Part shown: in pieces, positions 37,148 through 46,468 of the stretch | Layout of the letters: the number at the start of each line of letters is the position of its first letter | How positions within the stretch are numbered: position 1 is the stretch's first letter | Assembly: GCF_964194155.1 (NCBI RefSeq) | Contig: NC_135910.1 | Span: 10,912,001-10,958,468 of the forward strand | Direction: 5' to 3' | Length of the DNA stretch: 46,468 bases | Origin: Cetorhinus maximus | Lineage: Eukaryota | The notes under the pieces: model-generated | Seen by the model: the letters and a program-made list of their open reading frames with translations, nothing else | The model's database searches: none | What the model was told of the DNA's origin: nothing | Position numbers and translations under genes: made by a program

Positions 37148-38423
37148 TTTTTAAACTTAACATGAAACCTATTGCTGGTGCTGAGCAACAAATTCTGTCA
37201 AGACCTGGAGGTAATTCAACAAGCACATGGTCAATGTTCAGCCTGACTCGACTTTGGAGGCCATCACAGAGATTGATAAGAGTGTTGCCTAGTTGGTTAG
37301 ACTGTTTCCGAAAGTTGGTAGTTATACTGAAGTTAAAGTGTCATTGGAGGCAGCACAGCTACAGGGCTGATGGGACCTATGCTATTTGATGGCTGTACCA
37401 GCTCTCAACAAGGCCAAGTACAACTACTGAAACTAGATACCATCTCCTTGACCACAGAGTGGACCGATGACCATGAGCCTCTGGGACCAAGCAGCAGTTT
37501 TCGGTTTCCCACGTCCAATGCGGAGCCAGGGCTGGGGAACTAAAGAGTGACTGTGCTGGCGACGATCGATGATTTGGGTCCGGAAGGTAAAACATTGTTA
37601 CCTACGGGGATCTCCATTAAAACAACTTTAGATCGTTGCACGATGGAGACAGGAGTTACTGGTGGAGCCCTTGAAACCATCTTATTCACCCCTAGGGGGC
37701 TGCAGACTCCTGGTCGATAGCTCCTACAGTAGAAGGCACTTTCCCCTTTAAGTAATTCTGCTGAAACAATCCCAATAATTGCACAAGATATTATACTTTC
37801 CATATTTTATTTTCCCAACTTCAATGTTTATAAATAGATATTTAAAAAATTCCCACTGTGCGGACAGTAGAAAGTCAACATGCAGCAGAAATGTCCACTG
37901 GCCTGTTATTTCCGATCAGGTTAATTATCTGGGTCAGACACACCAAACAATGAACTTGTTGCGTTTCAGATTATACAGGCAGCCCAGCAGAAAAAGCTCG
38001 ATATCCACGCAGGGAGGGGACACAGCCCAGTGCACCTCGGGGAGATGGACCCGTCCTGCGCGTCCTCCCTCCCCACACACAAGGAAATCATTTTGCGTCC
38101 CCCTCCCACCCTCCCCTTTGGGTAGATGGACACATCTCCTGCGCCACCCTCCCACACGTGGAGATAGTATTGCACCCCCCACCATTCGGGGAGTTGGACC
38201 CCTCCTCTCAGCGAGATGTGTCCTTCCGCATCGCCACGGGAGACAGCCAACCCCTCGGGGCAACATATCTGTCCTGCACTCACACCCACCCACCCCACCC
38301 CCCCATCAACCTCTGGGATTTAGATTCCCCCAACTGTGTTCTCCCCTCAGCCCTGCATTGGGGGAGATGGACACACCTCCGATCCCCATCCCCAGGGAAC
38401 ACAGAGGTACCCCCCCAGCTTTC

Positions 38424-38579
38424 CTATCTGACCAAGTGGAACGTGAGCCAGTACATGAAGATTGGTTGCACGGCGGCGATCGCCATGGTCAGGTACATGC
38501 GTAGCTGATTCCTCGTTCCTCGCACCAGAACGCCCTCAGCTGCAGCTTCGGACAGAATCTTCAGTCTCAACGTTCGAAT
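38424..38579 (-). CDS. YIF1B: YIF1B last exon
   Basis: ttttcag|ATTCGAACG...GTCAGATAG. Confidence 0.93.
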   Translation of the reverse strand: MRTLRLKILSEAAAEGVLVRGTRNQLRMYLTMAIAAVQPIFMYWLTFHLVR

Positions 38580-41500
38580 CTGAAAAAGCATTTGGGTAGA
38601 AGTTAAGAGGCCTCTGGGATGGCACAACGCTGAATGCACTATCCAACGATACCGAGCTGTACAGATCAAGGTGGTCAGTGCCAAGCTAACTGATCTCAGT
38701 CGGGGCGGGGTAGCAATAGTTATGAGCTGATCTGCCTTCGGGAAAGGAACTCAGCCATGATTTCTGCTGCAGGAAAGTGAATACGTGGATGTCTGACAAG
38801 GTCAGAATTGGTGGAACAGACCCTCATAGCTGAATGTGTAAGCTCACTTACAGAGGGCAAACAGACACAAGGCAGAAGGTAGCCACAAGGGGGGGATATG
38901 TACCCTAGAGTAGGTATCCTTGGACCTGTACCCCAGGGAGAGAGTCAGCATCCATGGAACCACATCCCCGAGAGAATCAGTACCCCAAGGCAGGTCGTGG
39001 TGAAAAGATATTGATGGGTAAATGTTAAGTTGTAAAGTGAACAAGGAAATAAGTTAAATAACTAAACCCACCATGAACACCACAATTGAGATGCAGCACC
39101 AGCCCAGAGCAACGTAATATCCCGTTCTCCCAAACATCAGCCCAGCCATGACTCCAGTGATCATCCTGCGGGTAAGAAATCAGACATTTTACATACAACC
39201 CCACACCCGCTTAACTGTGAAGACATCGGCGACCACAGACCCGCCCGACTCCATCGCTCACAAACCCACCCGACATACTTGTACCCAGCAAAAGCAACAA
39301 GGTCGATGGTGGTTAAGTCTGTGTTCACCGTGACCAGGTAGAGGCTGAGCAGGATGGCGAGCACCTCAATGACCAGCCAGATTAATGCTGAGCTGGCCTG
39401 CATCCCCAACACCTCTGGAGAGAACCTGTAGGAGAGGAAATAAGCTAGTGAATGCTGGGCGTGCATAAGCATCTGCCTGGAAACCCACGGCACAACAAAG
39501 CACTGGAGATCAAGATACTGTCGTGCAGTGACAATGCAGGTTTGAACACTTGGCCAATTCTAGTCACTTTGGGATGGAATTACTTCTGAACCGAATCCTC
39601 TCTCATACACTCCCCAGTAGCCAGCTACAAAGGTCCTGATATGGCACTTGTTTTGGGGTGGGAGAATGAACATAAGTAATTAAGCACAATAAAGAATGAC
39701 AAAATAGAGGAAGTGCTTGAAGCTTGAAACAAGACAATGTTCCTCAGCTGTGGCTCAGTGGGTAACACTCTCACCACCGAGTCAGAAGACTGTGGGTTCA
39801 AATCCCACTCCAGAGACTAGAGCCAGATACAAAATCCTGGCTGACATCCCAGTGCAGCACCAAGGGAATGTGGCAGTGTTGGAGGTTGTTGATAATTTTA
39901 AAACCAATAATTTGGGGATTTATTGCAAACGAGTTGTACCTCAAATCGAATTTAACAAGGTGCTGTCTTTTGGATGAGATTTTGAACTGAGACCCTAACT
40001 GCCCTATCAGGTGGGTGTAAAAGATCCCATGGCACTATTTCGAGGGGGGGGAACTTTTCCCTGACCAATATTTCTCCCTCAACCAACATCATTAAAAAAA
40101 AACAGATTGTCTGGTTGCTATTGTGGGAGCTTGCTGTGTGCAAATTGGCTTCCGCGTTTCCTACGTTACAATATTTCAAAGGTACTTCATTGACCGCAAA
40201 GCATTTTGAGATGTCCTAAAGGTCACGCAAGTTCTTTCTTAGTGCCAATACCCCATCCCACATATGAAGCATAAAATTTAAAAAAACGTAAATGATGCTG
40301 AATCCCAAAGGCCATTCTACTTAAACACACAACAACACTCCTGGCTAGAATAGAAAGCAGGATGCGTGATCGTGTGACTATTGCGACAAGAGGATTCTCA
40401 CCTGCTTTGAGTTCCAAGAGCAAACCCAGCTACCAATAAATATGTGATAAACGCCATTGCTGGAGAGAGAGAGAGAGAGAGAGAAATGGCCATAAGACAA
40501 GAGTGTGGACAGTGAGATACAGCACATCAGCCCATTAAACCAGCTTGTGACGTTATTACTGCAAATTCAAGAGTATTTAATGACCTTCTTTCACAAGGTA
40601 GTAATCACCAACCAATCGAAATGTGTAGTCACACAAATACAACGAGCCTTACTTAAGCATAATTTAAATCTCTGAACCCTCGGAACTTGGGAGGGGGCAG
40701 TGAGCAAATGCACGTGACCGAGCTGTACAGATCCACTTTCCACTTCTGGTTTGAGACTTGTTAACGGATTTGACCCAGGATGGAAATAATTGTCAGGAAG
40801 ATATAATAATTTTTATAATGCTATTGGAATAGTAATAGTGGGGTCTATGCCTGTGTGTGACTTAATTGAATTAAAGGCAGCTGGTCCGATGGCTTTGATG
40901 TATCAGAAGGTAAAGTAGGTTTGAAATGTTAAGTAGGTAAACATAGGTATTAAGGGAACACTTGAATTTTTAAATAAACCAGAGTAGATTGATTTCAAAA
41001 GAGAGAGTGAAATATTACACTTAGCCAGCTAAGAAACAGTGTGTTTATTTTTCCCCAAAGCTTACTGGTAAAATTGGTACTATGAGAGATTTTTATTATT
41101 AGAAGGGTAAAGTCCAAAGACATAGTGAAACAATGGGAATTTGCATTCAAAGGGGAAAATATGTATAAAGGAGAGAAGGTTGTGTGTAAGGTCAGGCATT
41201 GTAAGATCTAACAAGTGTGAAATCCTCCAGCATGTAAGCCTCAGGCTGCTGTCTACAAAGAACTGAAGTTAAGAAACCTCGCTTTGAATTGGATTGTTCA
41301 GGGTATCATGTTTCTTTGCCTGGGTCTTTTAAAATCTGTGTGTCTCACTGTTGCCTTAACAAAAGTGTAACTGGGAGTTAGATTAATTAGGAGATTTAGA
41401 AATTATCGTAGTAATAATTTGTAGATCAATGTGTGTGCTTAAAATCATTTCTTCTATTAATAAAGGTGTAATTTAGTTTTGTAAGAAACCTGTAAGACTT

Positions 41501-43861
41501 GGTGGTCTTATTACTGAATTCACGGCACACATGTCAACGTTTATACAAATTACAAAACAGTTGTGGCAGTTGTTTCAAGCTTCCCTTTGAGATTTGAGCA
41601 GCTCAGCATTTATCATCAGCTGTGCCATAACATATTAAAATTCAGTGTGAGTGAACAAAACGGTGAGAGTTCCCGTTCCTGATTGCTTCCGTATACCCTG
41701 TTGGAAACTGCATGCGTGGATAGGGAGGTGGGAAAGGAATTGGGCTCATCTACAATGTTGTACATGGTTAACTAACCCGTTGACACTCACAGACATGAAG
41801 ACATCAGAGGGCAGCCAGTGCATGAGGAGCTGTAGCTCTAAGACTCGTTTACAAATTGAAATGAAGATCTCTGGAAATCTTGCTGGCAATTTTGTAAATT
41901 CTATAGGTCAAGACAAAGCCAATTTCAGTTTTTGGAGACAGACCTTCCCTATACTGCTCAGAGCGAAACCTCTCCATAACTAGGAAGTGATTCACGATTC
42001 ACTCTCTCTAAAGCGTATAGGTAAAAATCACCCTGCAATAGCAGGAGTTTCCATCACTCTTGTGTGTATTGAACCTCACAATATATGTTGATTACAATAA
42101 ATACAAAAGGAAGATACTGCAGATGCTGGAATTCTGAAGTAAAAATAAGAAAATGCTAGAAATACTCAGCAGGTCTGGCAGCACCTGTGCAAACGGACTT
42201 AGAGTTAGCGTTTCAGGTCTGTTACCTTTCATCATATCGGAGTTGATTAGAGTGTCAGCCCCCTTGCCCACCCAGTCCAGAAACACTTCCCAGAATGGTT
42301 AATACTATAGATAGTACTGATAGCATAGAGGTAGCACCTACCTGGAATATATAAATCAGGAGCATTCACTTCAACCCGAGGGGCCACGGGGCTGTCCTGC
42401 TGGTATCGTACTTCCCAATTCTGTCAACATCAACAATCAGTCTGATGACAATCAGTGCATAACCAACACGGGCTGAACCTGTCACTTCAGGAGAAAGTAT
42501 GTCGATCTCCAGCCCATCAACCAGCTGATCTCCTGAAGTGTTGTTCATGGTACAAATGCATTAAAAATAACGATCTGAGAGAATTTCCAGGCACCAGACC
42601 TCAGGAAGGACATATTGGCCTTGGAGGGAGGGCAGTGTAGATTTACCAGAATGAGACCCGCACTTCAAGGAGTTGAGATTACAAAAACTAGGGTTGCACT
42701 CTGTGGAATTTAGAAGGTTGAGATTTCATCAAAGTATTCAAAATGTTAAGGGGAACAGATAAAGAAGATTTGGAGGAACTATTTTTGATGGCTGGGGAGT
42801 CTAAAACTAGGGGAAATGGTCCACAAATTATAGCCAGGATTTTCAGGAGGGAAATTAGGCAATAGTTCTACACGCAGAGTGGTGGTTTGAACTCTCCTCT
42901 GCAAATGGTGACTGACGTGAGATCATTTTAAACTATGACTGATAGACTTTTGTTATCAGAAAGTGTTAAGGGCCATGGAGCAAAGTTGGGTATATGGGGT
43001 TAGGCTGCAGATCAGCCATGATCTCAGAATAGTGGAACAGCCCTGAGGGGCTACATGGCCACCTCCTGTTCCTGTACAATTGACTCTTGCTTCTCCCCTG
43101 TAAATTTCCACCTGTCCCTCAGTTTGGAATGTTGACATCCCTCTAGCTTGTCTTCCGCCCCCTCCCCAAACTGTTACTGCAGTCCCACACCATGTGGTTG
43201 ATTTTTAATGCCTTCTGGGTGATTTGGGATGGGCTTTACCGGTGCAAAGAACACCACTAAAACAAAAAAATCCCTCCACACAAACCAGCAACAGATACCA
43301 AATACCAAGAACAGTCCTGGAGCTCTACAAACGAGGCAGTGCATGTGCCTCCAAAAGTGGTTCCATTTTCCTGCCGCTAAGTGCAAAACACCCCCAGCAA
43401 TCAAGGTAAATGGTTGCTTGCCACCGGAAACCTCATTTAACAAAGAGATTGTGCAACGTGAAGGGCCATGTTTTACAACACGCCCCCAAGGGCGGTCCTC
43501 AATCGAACTGCAGATCTGTATTTGAGAACTGATCTAGCCAGTGAACCTATTCGCAGCGTCTCCCACTGACCACTGACTGACAAGTGCAACGCCGTGCCTC
43601 TCCCCCAGCAACTCAACGAAGATTTGAGAAGCCCTTCACCCGTGGAAGGCCCAGTGAGTTTCAAGGCTACAGCACAACTCGCTTCTTAACCGTGGTGTTA
43701 CCTGCTACAGCTTTGCTTCCCTGACTAATGCTCTTTAAGCTGAATCACCAGCTTACCTGGTGCATGTAGGGAAAGATGAGAAGTCCCAGCTTCTTTCCGA
43801 CATAAATGGTGTCCACAGCAAAATAGTATTTCAATTTGCTCACTGGAATAAATCGATCAAT
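38424..43861 (-). CDS. YIF1B: Yip1-interacting factor homolog B, 3' part (5' exons outside the window); complement(join(38424..38579,39072..39165,39270..39425,40402..40459,42342..42420,43757..43861))
   Basis: [28 protein letters not shown]...[14 protein letters not shown]...[22 protein letters not shown]...[29 protein letters not shown]. Segments such as [13 protein letters not shown] and [11 protein letters not shown] match YIF1B rather than YIF1A as I recall them. Confidence 0.92.
39072..39165 (-). CDS. YIF1B: YIF1B exon
   Basis: [31 protein letters not shown]; ccgcag acceptor, gtgggt donor. Confidence 0.92.
39270..39425 (-). CDS. YIF1B: YIF1B exon
   Basis: [14 protein letters not shown]...GYKYVG; ctacag acceptor, gtgggt donor. 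Confidence 0.92.
39745..40225 (+). mobile_element. Deu-domain-type tRNA SINE
   Basis: AGCTGTGGCTCAGTGG...GGTTCAAATCCC head and GTAAAAGATCCCATGGCACTATTTCG core. Confidence 0.72.
40402..40459 (-). CDS. YIF1B: YIF1B exon
   Basis: [20 protein letters not shown]; the acceptor tract is a (TC)n microsatellite (40462-40484). Confidence 0.92.
40791..41632 (+). mobile_element. Possible solo LTR
   Basis: TG...CA ends (TGTCA / TAACA), TATA-like GTATAA near 41163, AATAAA near 41459, imperfect flanks TAAT/TATT. Confidence 0.3.
42342..42420 (-). CDS. YIF1B: YIF1B exon
   Basis: [26 protein letters not shown]; tgacag acceptor, gtaggt donor. Confidence 0.93.
42575..43075 (+). mobile_element. Degenerate CR1 3' fragment
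   Basis: GGAATTTAGAAGGTTGAG...GCAGATCAGCCATGATCT...CCTCCTGTTCCT. Confidence 0.75.
43757..43861 (-). CDS. YIF1B: YIF1B exon
   Basis: [35 protein letters not shown]; ctgtag acceptor, gtaagc donor. Confidence 0.93.
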
Positions 43862-44744
43862 CTACAGAAGTCAAGGGAAAAGGTTCAATCACTCTCCTCG
43901 ATATGGATATCAGGGCTTAAGAAGTAAAATGCTGAATGAAAGGTACCCAATGACTAAAATGTTTTAATGCCAATGTGTACAATACTGCTGCTGAGGGATT
44001 GAACACAATGTCATGCTAAAATGGTCCCTCAGCCAGGAGCGAGCCTGGGCCTCAAGATTTCTGAGTCCAGACACCAAAGATCAGAGTTAATGAGGGTCCA
44101 GTGTCAAAGGAAGCATACATGCTCCTGTACTGTGGGACATCAGGTAGTCACATCCCTCCCCAGACCTATAGCCTAGTGCCCCAATGAGGACTGGCAAGGT
44201 GTGGTGTGACTGGGGATACACGACTAGCCAGTTCACTTACATTGGGGTCTCCCATGGGTATGGTTGCCTATTCCTCAGTTAGAGGGCTGCTGTGTTTCAG
44301 TACACTGTACCTGGGCTGATCCACAGGAGGTAGGTTGGTGAAGCTAGCGAGTACTGGCCTCAGAGCTACAATCTCACCAGGGTACATTCCAGGACACTCG
44401 TCAGCACTACTTGGGCAGAAGCCGAATGTTCCTACTGATGGGGGATGTTACCAGTGCTTTATCACTGCTGTTACACGTTTAGGAGTATGTCTGATGCCTT
44501 TGACCCTGGATCCTTCATTCGCTATCTCTACCTTCTGGTGTTTTCTGTTATTTGCCTGTAGGCCCATCAGTAGAAGCAGCTACCTGTATGCCCCCACCTT
44601 TGGTTTGGAATCTCAAGAAAGCAGCTCTTCCTTTTCTTAAAAAGAATGGGGACAATCCTGAAGAATCTTGAGATGAATCAACTAACTCACTAGCTCAGGG
44701 TGAAGTAAGACATGACACACCATAAACTGGTTAAACCAGAACCA

Positions 44745-45572
44745 GTATCATTGAGAAAAGAGACATGTCGAAGACTTTTGTCTTGCATGCATCAGGACAC
44801 TTTGCAAGAATACCAATATAAGGGGAAAACAATTTATACTCCATGAAAAAAAGTGTGCCGATTGGTTGGAAAATGAACTGTGATTGGTAGAGGCCTTGCC
44901 ATGAATAATGCACCGATTGATGGTGACTGACAGTTAACTGCCAAGCATTGTTTGAAATTTAAACCAGGCAACTTGACCCTGATTGGTCAAGGGATTGCCC
45001 TGAGGAATGAGTCAGCAAATGGCTTTCACTTATTTTGTTTAGCTGAAACAGGCGCAGTGTGTGTACGTGTTCCGCCTGTCTGCAAAGAACAGGGCCCTGT
45101 GTGTTAATATATGTAGCTTCCAGCACACGCAAATGCACCACACTGCCAGCCCGACTGACAATCTTAAATTGGTTTCAGCGTAATTCTTAGCACACTGAGG
45201 ATTATTGAGCAAATGTTGTCCAATCACAGAATCACATCTAATGTCGGACACTGATATGAGTTTTGCAAGCACGGGCTGGTTGGGGTAGGGTCTGTACCTT
45301 GCCCGTTGCGAACAGCGGCTGGGACATGCTGTTTGATATGATCCACCAGTCTTTGGGACGTACAGCTTACATACCTAGCATCACACTGTCACTGAAATTC
45401 ATATACCATGTTACTCATTTGTCTGATAGGCAGGACGTCTTTTTGGCTTGACGGCAGCTTCCTGTTAGTGGTGAATACCACTCGTGTTGCTACTGCATAG
45501 TAGTTCTGATGAGTGCAAGACGAAAAACTTCGACACATCTCTTTTTTCAGCAATACCCAAGTTCTGTACTAA
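44745..45572 (-). mobile_element. Decayed Penelope-like element of a second family (GIY-YIG remnant) with an inverted terminal segment
   Basis: Minus frames: KDVLPIRQMSNMVYEFQ*QCDARYVSCTSQRLVDHIKQHVP...SVIGQHLLNNPQC...LRVLEATYINTQGPVLCRQ. Terminal segments at about 44750-44800 (-) and 45500-45570 (+) are inverted copies. Confidence 0.8.
45503..45534 (+). ncRNA. Minimal hammerhead-ribozyme-like motif with canonical core
   Basis: GUU CUGAUGA GU GCAAG AC GAAA AAC UUC GAC. Confidence 0.55.
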
Positions 45573-45894
45573 CAAACGACTACTTGTACAAACAGCTTTT
45601 GATTTAAAGTGCGTCACTCAATCGTAACTCATTTTTGAAACCTTTCTGTGGAAAAATGGTTAATAAATCGTTAGACATCTCTCTCTCCATTCAAACTGCA
45701 GCACAAATGGTTCTGTCAATTCTCTCTCTCTCTTTGCTCTCTCTCTCCCCCTTCCCCAGGTTCACCAGTTTTCTTTCAAAGTCAACAGTCTATCCACAGG
45801 TAGAATTCTAATGCCACCCATTCTCTCCTAGGGTCATTGGAATTTACCAGACTGAAGGGGACCTGTACCCATCTTGCACCCTGCATAAATTTTA

Positions 45895-46345
45895 GCTTAT
45901 CCAAAACCCTGCTGCCCACCTCCTAACTTGTACTGTCCCATTCATCTATTGCCCCAGCTCTTGCTTATCTACACTGGCTCAATTTAAAACCTCATCCTGG
46001 TTTTCAAATCCTTCCATGGCTTCACCCTTCTCTATCTTTGTAACCCCCTCCAGCCCTACAATGTTCAAGAACTGTGTGCTCCTCTCATTCTGGCCTCTTG
46101 CACATCCCCAATTTCTATCTCACCACCGTTGGTGGCCGTGTGTTCAGCTGCCTGGGCCCTAAGCTCTAGAATTCCCTTCATAAACCTGTGCATCTCTCTA
46201 CCTCTCTCTCCTTGTTCAAGATGCTGCTCAACACCCAACTCTTTGGCCAAGCTTTTGGTCACCTGTCCTAATATCTAGTGTGGCTCAGTATCAAATTTGG
46301 TTTGATAATTGTTCCTGTGAAGTGCATTGGGATATTTTACCAGCT
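45895..46345 (+). mobile_element. L2-like LINE 3' fragment
   Basis: GCCGTGTGTTCAGCTG...CTCTAGAATTCCCT...CTCTTTGGCCAAGCTTTTGG...CCTGTGAAGTGCATTGGGA, resembling L2 3' ends. Confidence 0.6.
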
Positions 46346-46468
46346 GTTGGACGCAGCTCCATGAATTGAAGGCATGACCAAGATAAGGAATGACAAGCTG
46401 TCAACTGGGGATGAACAAACCCAGGGTCAGACGTGGAGCCGGCTGTTGAGGTCGGTTATCAGCACTGG

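Noticed and set aside
37779-38504. 241-aa plus-strand ORF
   Set aside because: Antisense to the YIF1B last exon and 3' UTR, low complexity, no recognisable domain.

Overview
Eukaryotic vertebrate genomic DNA, most likely from a shark or other cartilaginous fish (inferred from the repeat families and protein sequences). Four spliced genes were reconstructed by hand. MIA/CD-RAP (minus, 4 coding exons, 137 aa), SNRPA/U1A (minus, 6 coding exons, 278 aa) and ACTMAP/C19orf54 (plus, 6 coding exons, 325 aa, one U12-type intron) are complete. The last six exons of YIF1B (minus) are also present. SNRPA and ACTMAP share a CpG-island promoter region. The rest is CR1/L2-type LINE fragments, tRNA-derived SINEs, Penelope-like elements and minisatellites, and most long ORFs in the supplied track are repeat artefacts. 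Highlights: (1) a U1A polyadenylation-inhibition element (PIE) in the SNRPA 3' UTR whose fold is intact but whose first U1A box is degenerate; (2) about ten minimal hammerhead-ribozyme-like motifs of two Penelope families, several with a non-canonical core (CUGCCGA or CUGUUGA) and covarying stem II; (3) small fold-back Penelope-derived insertions, two with target-site duplications; (4) possibly overlapping first exons of SNRPA and ACTMAP. No searches were run; all gene names rest on recalled similarity to human proteins.
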